Virus record (IMG/VR): IMGVR_UViG_3300036766_000317
Span: 27,825-91,824 of that record
Length of the DNA stretch: 64,000 nucleotides
From: a virus
Direction: 5' to 3' (one strand)
Shown here: positions 1 to 8,010 of the stretch, one piece after another
How the letters are laid out: each line of letters begins with the position of its first letter
Position numbering within the stretch: position 1 is the stretch's first letter
The notes under the pieces: generated by a model
Database searches by the model: none
The model's input: only the letters and a program-made list of their open reading frames with translations
What the model was told of the DNA's origin: nothing
Program-made: the position numbers and the translations under genes

Positions 1-30
1 GTTCTTAATTCAAAAGAAAGGAGAAAGAAA

Positions 31-180
31 ATGAAAACCACCCGTACAGTGTATTTTTGTACAATTTGTAATACCCAACTTGATGTTTGTGGTTGGGGAA
101 ATCGTGCAGAATGTCCGGAATGTAACAAGATGGTTAATGTGAAATCAGTGGAAGTTCCGATTCTGAAAAAGGAGAACTGA
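31..180 (+). CDS. small zinc-ribbon protein (49 aa)
   Basis: Manually translated MKTTRTVYFCTICNTQ...ECPECNK; CxxC..CxxC; SD AAGGAG upstream. Confidence 0.7.
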   Translation: MKTTRTVYFCTICNTQLDVCGWGNRAECPECNKMVNVKSVEVPILKKEN

Positions 181-181
181 G

Positions 182-331
182 ATGCCAGTAGAAATCAAAA
201 TGATAGCCGGTGCTTTTCTTACTATCGGCATAACCGGAGCCGTGATCTGCATAGCTTCTCATGAATTTGTAGGAAGTTTGTGGTATATAGCTATTACCAT
301 CATTGCTGTTTGGGTTATCTTTAAAAAGTAA
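182..331 (+). CDS. small membrane protein (49 aa)
   Basis: MPVEIKMIAGAFLTIGITGAVICIA...; two hydrophobic segments; SD AAGGAG. Confidence 0.6.
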   Translation: MPVEIKMIAGAFLTIGITGAVICIASHEFVGSLWYIAITIIAVWVIFKK

Positions 332-344
332 AGGAGGAAAAATT

Positions 345-476
345 ATGGGTAAAGAAAAAGAAGTATGCTCTTGGTGCGGAAAAGAATTGCATGACAACGG
401 GGAAACCACATGGTGTGATTGTGGTTGGTGGGATGCTTTGCCCACAAGAGCCGAAGCCGAAGCCGAAACGAAGTAG
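345..476 (+). CDS. small zinc-ribbon protein (43 aa)
   Basis: MGKEKEVCSWCGKEL...WCDCGW; SD AAGGAGG. Confidence 0.7.
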   Translation: MGKEKEVCSWCGKELHDNGETTWCDCGWWDALPTRAEAEAETK

Positions 477-482
477 ACAATC

Positions 483-716
483 ATGAGGACACTGGAAATA
501 ATTCCAGTGTCCGAAGGGGCTGTCTACATCCCCAATTCAGAAGGGAAGGAAAGAGTTATGCAAATGTCCAATTTAGAATCAATCAAGATTCGTTGCCAAG
601 AACAAGGATTCTTTGCCCGAATACATCGGTTCAAGAAAGGCAAGAAGCGGATGTTTCGTAAGAAAGAACGGATAAATCGGCACATAACCAGGAAAGTTCT
701 TCATATTGAACAGTAG
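483..716 (+). CDS. hypothetical basic protein (start may be 558)
   Basis: ORF track; fits gene packing. Confidence 0.5.
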   Translation: MRTLEIIPVSEGAVYIPNSEGKERVMQMSNLESIKIRCQEQGFFARIHRFKKGKKRMFRKKERINRHITRKVLHIEQ

Positions 717-724
717 TTTGATGG

Positions 725-780
725 TAGCGGATTAGCCATGAGAAATCATGGCTTTTCCGCTGCAATTAAGCAGCGATTAA
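725..780 (+). ncRNA. two-hairpin intergenic motif, family B copy 1
   Basis: UAGCGGA-UU-AGCCAUGA(gaaa)UCAUGGCU-UU-UCCGCUG, overlapping second hairpin CGCUGC/GCAGCG, then AUUAA and SD. Confidence 0.7.
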
Positions 781-804
781 TTCCTTAAAGGAGGAAAGAA
801 GAGT

Positions 805-1434
805 ATGAGTAAAAAATCGAAGAAGGTTGCGGAGAAGAAGGCATTGACTCCGATTAAGAAGTTGACGCCGATTGCAAAGGCGGACGAGTCAATGAAAGCC
901 AAACAGACTGCGGCGATTGCGGAACTCAAGGCAAAATCGAAGGATGCTGCACCCATAGAGGCACCCGTCGTTGCAGCTCCTGTCCGTCCCGAAATGCCTG
1001 CTGACTTCTGTATGGAGAAAGCAGACTGGGACGGCGCTGGTGTGTGCTACGATGCAGGAAGTAATAACTGCGGAACGTGTACGAAGGATTTTCCTGAGAC
1101 CGTTGCCGTGTGCATCGAGCGCATGAAATTCCTCGGTGGTACTGTGAAAACGGCAAAGACGAAGAAAGCTGGAACAGCGAAGGCTCGGGTTGCCAAGAAT
1201 GGTGCGAAACCGCAATGCCTCGTCATTGATGATCTGTTGCGAGCATCAACGGCAATGGCAGACATGATCGCCTCGTTTGCTGCAATCGCATACGCTGGAG
1301 ATGCAAAAGCGGCAGAAGGTCGTATCAATCGGCACCTGAAATCCATTCGTGTCGGCGAGTACGTCAGATCGGCTGTAATGAAGGAATTCATTGCTTATCT
1401 GGCCGTTGCTGCGCCGGCAGCTCCCGCTGCTTAG
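805..1434 (+). CDS. Ala/Lys-rich protein with central Cys cluster, putative DNA binder
   Basis: ORF track; strong SD AAGGAGG; Lys/Ala-rich termini, C..CxxC. Confidence 0.75.
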   Translation: MSKKSKKVAEKKALTPIKKLTPIAKADESMKAKQTAAIAELKAKSKDAAPIEAPVVAAPVRPEMPADFCMEKADWDGAGVCYDAGSNNCGTCTKDFPETVAVCIERMKFLGGTVKTAKTKKAGTAKARVAKNGAKPQCLVIDDLLRASTAMADMIASFAAIAYAGDAKAAEGRINRHLKSIRVGEYVRSAVMKEFIAYLAVAAPAAPAA

Positions 1435-1442
1435 TGAGAAAT

Positions 1443-1506
1443 TGCAGAGGGCACGGGGTGAGAAAGTTTCATCCTGTGTAATGCACACTACCGTCCCAAG
1501 TCGGTG
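1443..1506 (+). ncRNA. twister ribozyme (permuted, P1 closed by loop), copy 1; predicted cut U1479/A1480
   Basis: UGCA-GAGGG-[CACGGGGUGAGA/UUUCAUCCUGUG]-UAA-UGCA..AC..[UACCG-UCCCAAGU-CGGUG]. Confidence 0.88.
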
Positions 1507-1530
1507 AGAAAATCTAAGAAAGGAGAGAGT

Positions 1531-1761
1531 ATGAAAAAGTATTTGGTAGAAGTCCGAAAGAAAGGTGAGAAATTCAGAGAACCTGGTGAACTGATTGAGA
1601 CAGTAAATACCATTCTCAAAGCGGAAGAAGTAGGAAATTTCAACCCGATCTTTTGCATCTACAAAGACAAACGTGTCATGGTAAGTTCTAAAGAAGGAGA
1701 TTTGAGTGATCCTTTTCGTCGGGAAACTTCATATCTGGAAAGTCTTTATATTGAAATCTAA
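1531..1761 (+). CDS. hypothetical protein
   Basis: ATG after AAGGAGAGAGT leader (start reassigned from 1504). Confidence 0.75.
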   Translation: MKKYLVEVRKKGEKFREPGELIETVNTILKAEEVGNFNPIFCIYKDKRVMVSSKEGDLSDPFRRETSYLESLYIEI

Positions 1762-1787
1762 CCACCAACCAAGAAAGGAGTATTGCA

Positions 1788-1955
1788 ATGAACAAACTTC
1801 AGAAATTGGTAGCACAATCGGTAATCGTCGTCCTGTACGGAAACCAGCTTCAAGATGAGAAGTTTGACCAAAGACAGTTACTTCTCGCCAAAGCAATGTA
1901 CGAGAAAGAAGTGGACAGACAGTTGAGAAAAGGGTTGGATCTTCGCAATATGTAG
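1788..1955 (+). CDS. hypothetical protein (55 aa)
   Basis: Manually translated MNKLQKLVAQSVIVVLYG...; SD AAGGAG. Confidence 0.7.
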   Translation: MNKLQKLVAQSVIVVLYGNQLQDEKFDQRQLLLAKAMYEKEVDRQLRKGLDLRNM

Positions 1956-1958
1956 TTT

Positions 1959-2010
1959 CAGCGTGGGAAGCAGAAATCTTCTGCTTCTCGCGGTGTACCT
2001 ACACCAATAA
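1959..2010 (+). ncRNA. family B motif copy 2
   Basis: CAGCGUGGGAAGCAGAA/UUCUGCUUCUCGCGGUG with G.G mismatch; hairpin GGUGU(accu)ACACC; AAUAA. Confidence 0.7.
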
Positions 2011-2029
2011 CTATGAGAAAGGAGAGAGT

Positions 2030-2398
2030 ATGGGAAATTCAATAAGATTGCACAAAGAGTTCGGTGTAAATCCGACAATCCTAAAATGCTTCCTCTGCGG
2101 AGAGGATAAAAATGAAATTGCTCTGTTGGGCGCTTCCTATAAAGGACAAGCCCCTATGCACATGTGCATAGACCAAACACCTTGTGACAAGTGTAAGGAA
2201 TACATGAAACAAGGTGTAATCCTAATCTCCGTGAGAGATGGGGAATCAGGAAGTGATCCTTATCGCACAGGGGGTTGGTGCGTTGTCAAAAGAGAAGCAA
2301 TGACCAACATCATTGATGATCCAAAATTGCTTGAGAAAGGAGCGATGTTTGTTCCTGATCCAGTATGGAAACAATTGGGTCTTCCAAAATTTGTATGA
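2030..2398 (+). CDS. hypothetical Cys-containing protein
   Basis: ORF track, CxxC...CxxC, strong SD. Confidence 0.75.
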   Translation: MGNSIRLHKEFGVNPTILKCFLCGEDKNEIALLGASYKGQAPMHMCIDQTPCDKCKEYMKQGVILISVRDGESGSDPYRTGGWCVVKREAMTNIIDDPKLLEKGAMFVPDPVWKQLGLPKFV

Positions 2399-2405
2399 TT
2401 AACCT

Positions 2406-2462
2406 CAGCTCAGACATGCCAAGAAATTGGTATGTCTGCTGGTGAGATCAATCACCAACTAA
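2406..2462 (+). ncRNA. family B motif copy 3
   Basis: CAGC-U-CAGACAUGCCAA(gaaa)UUGGUAUGUCUG-CU-GGUG; hairpin UGGUGA/UCACCA; ACUAA. Confidence 0.7.
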
Positions 2463-2485
2463 CTAAAGGAGGAAAGGAGAGTATT

Positions 2486-3253
2486 ATGACATCCAGCGTT
2501 CCAAAAGAAGAAATCATCTCGAAAATTATGAAGTTGCTGGCTCTGGGCAGTTCTGAAAAGAACGACAATCCTCATGAGCGGGAAACTGCTTCAAGGATGG
2601 CCGCAAAGCTCATGGCTGAGTGGAGCATCGACTTTGCAGAACTCAGAAGTTCCAAGCCATCAGAGGATGCTTTCGTCACTTATGAGGTGTCAGGTTCGGA
2701 AGACCGAAAAGTGGATTTTGAATCCTCCCTTGCTGGCAGTATTGCAAGGGCTTTCGATTGTAAGATCATCAACACCTGGACAAAATCATTGGATCATCGG
2801 TGGGTTATTGCTTTTGTCGGATCAAAGCATGATCTGGAAATCTCCGTCTATTTCTTCAAACATATTCGGAGAACGATGTATGCAATGTCCATTAAAAATG
2901 TGACCGTCGAAACAGTGAGGCCCAGAAACGGCAGACGAGCTGCCGGTACAGATGTAAATATGGCTCGGAGAAACTACTGCTTCGGTATGGTTGAGACGAT
3001 CAGCACCCGCATGGAAGACCTCTACAAAAAGCGGGAAGAGTTCATCCCGTCAGATTGCCGAGCCCTCGTCATTGTCAAGAAACAGGGATTGGAAAAATAT
3101 TTCAATCAGCAATATCCGAACAGAGTTTCTGGTAGAAGAACTTCTTTACGAGGAGATTTAACAGCATTCGGCAAGGGGCAGGAAGATGGAAAGCGTGTGA
3201 ACCTCAGTCGGCCCATTAGCAGTAATAATCAACAATCGGCCCAAATTGGATAA
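2486..3253 (+). CDS. DUF2786-domain protein
   Basis: N-terminal KIMKLLALG..NPHERETASRMAAKLMAEW typical of DUF2786; start reassigned after SD. Confidence 0.75.
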   Translation: MTSSVPKEEIISKIMKLLALGSSEKNDNPHERETASRMAAKLMAEWSIDFAELRSSKPSEDAFVTYEVSGSEDRKVDFESSLAGSIARAFDCKIINTWTKSLDHRWVIAFVGSKHDLEISVYFFKHIRRTMYAMSIKNVTVETVRPRNGRRAAGTDVNMARRNYCFGMVETISTRMEDLYKKREEFIPSDCRALVIVKKQGLEKYFNQQYPNRVSGRRTSLRGDLTAFGKGQEDGKRVNLSRPISSNNQQSAQIG

Positions 3254-3268
3254 AAGGAGGAAAGGAGC

Positions 3269-3412
3269 ATGAAGTCTTTCAACATTTATTTCAGGGACCT
3301 CAATGAAGATGCTCAAAAGAGGTTATTGGAACGGTTTGAAACAACTCCCGAAGAGGAAAATTGGGATACAGATGTGTTTCCAATAGCAATACTCGATCGG
3401 GAAGAGGAGTAA
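3269..3412 (+). CDS. small acidic protein (47 aa)
   Basis: MKSFNIYFRDLNEDAQKRLL...DREEE; SD AAGGAGGAAAGGAG. Confidence 0.75.
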   Translation: MKSFNIYFRDLNEDAQKRLLERFETTPEEENWDTDVFPIAILDREEE

Positions 3413-3414
3413 TT

Positions 3415-3510
3415 CCAGTTCGGAAATGGGAGCAATTCTGAGAGGTTGAGTGTTAAGCATTCGGTAGGAGTTGTTCCTGTTTCTTCTGGTGGAATTATCC
3501 ACCTTTACTA
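3415..3510 (+). ncRNA. family B motif copy 4 (expanded)
   Basis: 18-bp stem GGAAAUGGGAGCAAUUCU/GGAGUUGUUCCUGUUUCU with internal arm, basal CCAG/CUGG, then GGUGGA/UCCACC hairpin. Confidence 0.6.
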
Positions 3511-3529
3511 TAAGAAAAGGAGAAGAGAG

Positions 3530-3709
3530 ATGAAGAATGTTACTATGGAAACGAAAGGTCAGAATTTGGTTCTGACGGTCGATCTGTCAAAATCCTTTGG
3601 AGCCAGTGCTTCCGGGAAGACGATCATCATCGGAACGACTGAAGGCAATCAGCCCGTTGCCGGACATCCCGGTGTTAGTGTGGGGGTGAACGTCTACAAA
3701 AAGAAGTAG
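3530..3709 (+). CDS. conserved small hypothetical protein (SASGKTIIIGTTEGN type)
   Basis: MKNVTMETKGQNLVLTVDLSKSFGASASGKT...; resembles a widespread ~60 aa prokaryotic family; start reassigned. Confidence 0.8.
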   Translation: MKNVTMETKGQNLVLTVDLSKSFGASASGKTIIIGTTEGNQPVAGHPGVSVGVNVYKKK

Positions 3710-3765
3710 GCAGAGGGCTCCCGCTTCGGCGGGAGTAATGCACAATCTCGGTCCCAAGTCCGAGA
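3710..3765 (+). ncRNA. twister ribozyme copy 2; predicted cut U3736/A3737
   Basis: GCA-GAGGG-[CUCCCGC-UUCG-GCGGGAG]-UAA-UGC-AC-AA-[UCUCGG-UCCCAAGU-CCGAGA]. Confidence 0.9.
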
Positions 3766-3783
3766 AATTAGAAAGGAGAAAGT

Positions 3784-3987
3784 ATGGGATATGCAATGAT
3801 GGTAAGCGAATGTGGAGCATGTCACCAGATATTTTGCTACAATCCCCATCTGGTGCCCAGTCTAAACAATGTTCCTTTTTGTAAACGGTGTGTCGATGCT
3901 TCAGCACCTGAAAGAATCAAAAGGGGATTGGTTCCAATCAAATATTCAGAAGAAGCATACAAACCGATGGACGAATGTGAACTTTAA
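3784..3987 (+). CDS. small zinc-binding protein
   Basis: CGAC...CKRC; strong SD. Confidence 0.7.
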   Translation: MGYAMMVSECGACHQIFCYNPHLVPSLNNVPFCKRCVDASAPERIKRGLVPIKYSEEAYKPMDECEL

Positions 3988-4007
3988 ATTTGAAAGGAGA
4001 AATCTCT

Positions 4008-4133
4008 ATGAAACCGTTATACTGTACGCAAAACAAAGGCAAGTGCGAAACTTGCTCCCTTACCAACTATGGTCGGGATTGTCGGAATGTTCCGATAGCT
4101 ATAAATCGGAAAAAGGCAAAGCCTGAGAAGTAA
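4008..4133 (+). CDS. small Cys-rich protein (41 aa)
   Basis: MKPLYCTQNKGKCETCSLTNYGRDCRN; SD AAGGAG. Confidence 0.7.
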   Translation: MKPLYCTQNKGKCETCSLTNYGRDCRNVPIAINRKKAKPEK

Positions 4134-4138
4134 CTTTG

Positions 4139-4194
4139 GCAGAGGGCTCCGTCAGAACTGACGGAGTAATGCACAATTCCGGTCCCAAGTCCGG
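4139..4194 (+). ncRNA. twister ribozyme copy 3; predicted cut U4167/A4168
   Basis: GCA-GAGGG-[CUCCGUCA-gaac-UGACGGAG]-UAA-UGC-AC-AAUU-[CCGG-UCCCAAGU-CCGG]. Confidence 0.9.
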
Positions 4195-4227
4195 TTTGTA
4201 GCTAAAACAAAAGGAGGAAAGAGAGAT

Positions 4228-5139
4228 ATGAGTGAAACAATGGAAGGGTTGGCCTATGAGCTAACATCCGCAGAGCGGAAAGATGTTCGTGATCGTTATC
4301 CGAAGACCTACTTCCCAAGTCCGGTCTTAGAACCGGTGTGGGCAGGTCGTCGGGAACTCCGCAGAATTCCAGACAAGTTTGCCATTGTCGATCAATGTCG
4401 TCCAGGACCCTTAGACGCATCGAATCAGGTATTCGGGATCTGTTCGGATCAGTACAAAATCGTTCCCTTTGAAGACGTGGTGCATATGGTAGAAAATTCA
4501 GTCGGAAAATTGACTGAATACGGGAAGGTTCAAATCTGCCCGCACACCTATCTTGACGGAGCCAGATTAAACATTGGCATCAAATTTCCTGAGATGAAAC
4601 ATGAAATCAGGAAACTCGATTCCATTATTCCGAAAGTAGAGGTGTTTTCCTCTTATGACCTATCAACAAAGTTGATGGGTCGTTTCGGAGCATTCCAGCT
4701 TAAATGCCTGAATGGGGCGGGTATCTGGAAGTCCTTCAAGAGCTTTGCAAAAAGGCATCTCCAGAATCTGTTTCTGAATGAACTCGGAAACAACATCAGT
4801 GAAGGTATGGCTCTTTTCGGGGAACAGGTTGATTCGTGGAAAAAGTGGACTGAACTGAAGTTAGACCAGAAACTCTACGATACTGTTTGGGATGAACTCC
4901 CTTTCTCTGCTGCGGAACGTATCAAGATCGAAGCATTACCCGAAATCGGTACGAATCTTCAGTTGGGTCAAGCGATCAAAGGAAATTCCCTTGATCTTTG
5001 GAGCCTTTCATCGGTATTGACACAATTCGCTACCCATGGTGTCAAAAGCGAATTGCGCCGTATCGAACTGGAACCGGCAATCGCAAGAGTGATGGACCTC
5101 ACTTTCGACCGAGCCGCTGTTGCGGGACTCGTGCACTAA
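4228..5139 (+). CDS. DUF932/DUF945-like phage protein
   Basis: GICSDQYKIV, SYD, FQLKCLNG motifs typical of DUF932. Confidence 0.7.
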   Translation: MSETMEGLAYELTSAERKDVRDRYPKTYFPSPVLEPVWAGRRELRRIPDKFAIVDQCRPGPLDASNQVFGICSDQYKIVPFEDVVHMVENSVGKLTEYGKVQICPHTYLDGARLNIGIKFPEMKHEIRKLDSIIPKVEVFSSYDLSTKLMGRFGAFQLKCLNGAGIWKSFKSFAKRHLQNLFLNELGNNISEGMALFGEQVDSWKKWTELKLDQKLYDTVWDELPFSAAERIKIEALPEIGTNLQLGQAIKGNSLDLWSLSSVLTQFATHGVKSELRRIELEPAIARVMDLTFDRAAVAGLVH

Positions 5140-5172
5140 GAAACAACGAACTGAGCCAGAAAGGAGGTACTT

Positions 5173-5409
5173 GTGGAGAATGCTTCTATAAAAATGTTAA
5201 CCGTTGATGATTGTAATCTCCGAATGACTGAGCTAACAAAAGAGTTGGAAGAAGCAATTGAGAAATTGGGCCATTGTGAAGCTGTGGATTTGCTTGCGGC
5301 TAAGATTGCTGTTTGGGAAAGAGTCCGGCATCATTTGGTAAGAGGACAAATCATCACAATTGATGGGGAAGAAAAACTGAAGATGTGGGAAAACGTTTTA
5401 TCGGCATAA
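5173..5409 (+). CDS. hypothetical protein
   Basis: GTG start after AAGGAGG. Confidence 0.65.
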   Translation: MENASIKMLTVDDCNLRMTELTKELEEAIEKLGHCEAVDLLAAKIAVWERVRHHLVRGQIITIDGEEKLKMWENVLSA

Positions 5410-5411
5410 CC

Positions 5412-5474
5412 GCAGAGGGCGGACAGTCAGAAATTGGCTGTCCGTAATGCACTATCTGAGTCCCAAGTCTCAGA
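5412..5474 (+). ncRNA. twister ribozyme copy 4; predicted cut U5445/A5446
   Basis: GCA-GAGGG-[CGGACAGUCAG/UUGGCUGUCCG]-UAA-UGC-AC-UA-[UCUGAG-UCCCAAGU-CUCAGA]. Confidence 0.9.
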
Positions 5475-5497
5475 AATTCTATTAAAGGAGGAAAGGG

Positions 5498-5758
5498 ATG
5501 GAACCGATTCAAGACAATTTCTTCAAGAGGTTTCGGAAGAAGGTGGAAGGTATCTTCTACCGAACTCGCGGAAATAAAGGGACTGCCGATCTTGATCCGA
5601 TCATTCGGATCGGTCGTCACCATGGTGGGGGTGCTCGTCTTTCTGCTATTTCTTTTGGCGAAAAGAAAGCGTCTCCCACACTCCGAAAGTACCGACAGCA
5701 CAGAGATCGAGTAAACAAATTGGGAGCGATCTCCCGCAGGAAGAACCGCATTAATTAG
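5498..5758 (+). CDS. small basic protein
   Basis: ORF track; Arg/Lys rich; strong SD. Confidence 0.7.
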   Translation: MEPIQDNFFKRFRKKVEGIFYRTRGNKGTADLDPIIRIGRHHGGGARLSAISFGEKKASPTLRKYRQHRDRVNKLGAISRRKNRIN

Positions 5759-5817
5759 CAGAGGGCAGGGCCTATTGAGGCCCTGTAATGCTACATAGCC
5801 AGTCCCAAGTCTGGTTA
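5757..5817 (+). ncRNA. twister ribozyme copy 5; predicted cut U5786/A5787
   Basis: AGCA-GAGGG-[CAGGGCCU/AGGCCCUG]-UAA-UGCU-AC-A-[UAGCCAG-UCCCAAGU-CUGGUUA]; 4-bp P2 AGCA/UGCU. Confidence 0.92.
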
Positions 5818-5842
5818 AACTAAAGAGAAAGGAGAGAGTATT

Positions 5843-6106
5843 ATGATTACCAAAGAGGATGCTTTGAAGCTGAAATATCGGGATGAACTGCATTTCGGAG
5901 AATGTAGAAAGAAGGTCTCTCCCAGAGGCGGTGTAAAAATTACCAATACCATCGTCCGAGTAAACGGGAAAGTCAAAACGTGGAAACAGAATCTGAGTAG
6001 GTTTGAAGTTCCGATCAAACATGGACTATACGATCATAGTTATGTTGATGAGCGGAATGCTCATGATTTCCATCTCCCGAAAGACTGCCCGTTACTGAAG
6101 GAGTAA
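5843..6106 (+). CDS. hypothetical protein
   Basis: ORF track; RVNGKVKTWK motif; strong SD. Confidence 0.75.
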   Translation: MITKEDALKLKYRDELHFGECRKKVSPRGGVKITNTIVRVNGKVKTWKQNLSRFEVPIKHGLYDHSYVDERNAHDFHLPKDCPLLKE

Positions 6107-6110
6107 ATTT

Positions 6111-6344
6111 ATGCACCTACTTCATGAGACTACAGTCAAGAATACAGATGGAACTTATGAAATCACCGTCTACATCGTCGAAGATGGAAAACGAAGAGGT
6201 CCTTACACTTATCTGATTCCATCGGATAAAGAAGTCAGGGACTTCCTTGCTCTGTATCAAAAAGGAAAAAGAGATGGGTCAAGATTTCATGGGAAAGCCC
6301 TATCCCTTCTTAACAAACACCGAACCAGGTTAATCAGAAAATAG
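6111..6344 (+). CDS. hypothetical protein
   Basis: ORF track; SD AAGGAG. Confidence 0.7.
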   Translation: MHLLHETTVKNTDGTYEITVYIVEDGKRRGPYTYLIPSDKEVRDFLALYQKGKRDGSRFHGKALSLLNKHRTRLIRK

Positions 6345-6357
6345 GAGGAAAGAGAGC

Positions 6358-6639
6358 ATGAAAAAATCGCAGGTGGCATTGGCTAACATGATTCGTATAG
6401 CCAAAGCATACGGTAATACACATACGGTAGAGATGGAACAAGCTGAGAAAGCCCTTGCTGAACTTTTGACTGAAAAAGGTCATTCAGTAAGTGATTGGAA
6501 ATGTGTTCAATGTGATCAGGATCAGTGGGGGAAAGATGTAACCCTCTCGTCTGTCGCAGACGGAGGTGTTCCCATCTGTCCCTATTGCGAGAACGATATG
6601 ATCTTGGTTGAAGAAAGATGGGTGGAGGTGGAGCCATGA
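6358..6639 (+). CDS. zinc-ribbon protein
   Basis: CVQC...CPYC. Confidence 0.7.
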   Translation: MKKSQVALANMIRIAKAYGNTHTVEMEQAEKALAELLTEKGHSVSDWKCVQCDQDQWGKDVTLSSVADGGVPICPYCENDMILVEERWVEVEP

Positions 6640-6962
6640 AGAAGGAATACACCGATGTCAAACTCAAGATGACCCGTCGCAAGCTGATTGCCCTCGACAA
6701 AAAGGATATAGGGAAATGGACACATCAGGAATGTGTTGAGGCAGATCGGCTTATCCAAAACACAGCCATTCGGAATCTGAGGAAGAAATTATCCTTCTTC
6801 CAGGGAGGAACAGGAAGACTTGTTTCCAACTATGCCATACTGATGGCTCAGTTCCACTACGGATCGGCAGAAACAGACGACTTCCTTACAGCAATGGGCT
6901 GTTATGAGGATTGGATGTTCTCCGAGGAGCAGAACAAGAAACGGCATTCCAAAAAGTCTTAA
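6636..6962 (+). CDS. hypothetical protein
   Basis: ATGA overlap with upstream stop. Confidence 0.7.
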   Translation: MKKEYTDVKLKMTRRKLIALDKKDIGKWTHQECVEADRLIQNTAIRNLRKKLSFFQGGTGRLVSNYAILMAQFHYGSAETDDFLTAMGCYEDWMFSEEQNKKRHSKKS

Positions 6963-6965
6963 AGT

Positions 6966-7023
6966 CAGCAGATTGAGCGGGAACCATTTCCCGCTCTTTC
7001 TGGTGTTTTTAAGACACCAATAA
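6966..7023 (+). ncRNA. family B motif copy 5
   Basis: CAGCAGA-UU-GAGCGGGAA(ccau)UUCCCGCUC-UU-UCUGGUG; hairpin UGGUGUUU/AGACACCA; AUAA. Confidence 0.75.
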
Positions 7024-7043
7024 ACCAAAGGAGGAAAGAAAGT

Positions 7044-7526
7044 ATGAAGAAAACTTGTGATATTTGCAAGACCTATTGGAGAGTTCGGAATGAAAAGAAG
7101 ACCGAACATCCGTGCCATCCCTATCAGAACCCGATGGAAAAAGTCTGTCAGGATTTTGAGATGGAATGGACTCAAGAAGCCTGTCTAAGAAAATATCCGA
7201 GAGTGGTGGCCCATCTGATCTGTGCCAGTCTCGGCTATTTTACACCTCAATCAGCAGCAAATGCCATTTCGTTTTACAAACACGGAAAGGCGTTTTTCTG
7301 CGAGTGGTATTCCCATATGACCAAATATTCTCGGGATAACTACAAGGGTGACTATTTTGATGAAGTCATCTGTAAACGGGTTGGGGAAGAAACTCTGAGA
7401 TTGGCATTTGTAGGTCGTCATTCCCATCATGGCTATATGACCGAGATTAAGCAAGCCCGACATCTTGTGGCCGCAGAATTGAAAACTTCGGGAGCTACAT
7501 CGGGAATGCTTGCATCTTGGTTTTAG
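7044..7526 (+). CDS. hypothetical protein
   Basis: ORF track; strong SD. Confidence 0.75.
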   Translation: MKKTCDICKTYWRVRNEKKTEHPCHPYQNPMEKVCQDFEMEWTQEACLRKYPRVVAHLICASLGYFTPQSAANAISFYKHGKAFFCEWYSHMTKYSRDNYKGDYFDEVICKRVGEETLRLAFVGRHSHHGYMTEIKQARHLVAAELKTSGATSGMLASWF

Positions 7527-7534
7527 GCTGAATA

Positions 7535-7590
7535 TAGCGGGTTGGGCAGGAAGCGTCCTGCTCTTCCTGGTGCATTCAGTACCAAATAAA
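7535..7590 (+). ncRNA. family B motif copy 6
   Basis: UAGCGGG-UU-GGGCAGGA(agcg)UCCUGCUC-UU-CCUGGUG; hairpin UGGUGC/GUACCA; AAUAAA. Confidence 0.75.
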
Positions 7591-7607
7591 GAGAGAAAGG
7601 AGAGGGT

Positions 7608-7937
7608 ATGAAAACAGTAGATATTATGGAACGTCTGAAAATTCCAGAATGGAAGGCGAAGGTTGTCAATGTGCTTACCAAAGAACACGCCTCATCCCAT
7701 TCCGATGTTGACGACATCCTCGGAATTATTGAAACCCTTCTTGAAGGGTACGGGGTAGAACCACTCAGGGGAGATCATGTTGATAATTACTATATGGATA
7801 TCAACATCCTCTACATTAATTTGGGGGACACATACACACCCACCGTTCTGTATGATACACTCCTAAACAGATTCTTTATCTGTTCGTGGGGTGATTATAT
7901 TGAATCCAAACCGAAACGATTTCCGATGAATGCTTGA
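7608..7937 (+). CDS. hypothetical phage protein (YINLGDTYTPT motif)
   Basis: ORF track; strong SD. Confidence 0.75.
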   Translation: MKTVDIMERLKIPEWKAKVVNVLTKEHASSHSDVDDILGIIETLLEGYGVEPLRGDHVDNYYMDINILYINLGDTYTPTVLYDTLLNRFFICSWGDYIESKPKRFPMNA

Positions 7938-7940
7938 GAA

Positions 7941-7994
7941 TAGCAGATTGGACGGGAATTTCCCGTCCTTTCTGGTGTGCTTAAACACCAATAA
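7941..7994 (+). ncRNA. family B motif copy 7
   Basis: UAGCAGA-UU-GGACGGGA(auu)UCCCGUCC-UU-UCUGGUG; hairpin UGGUGU/ACACCA; AUAA. Confidence 0.75.
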
Positions 7995-8010
7995 AAAGAA
8001 AGGAGAGGGT

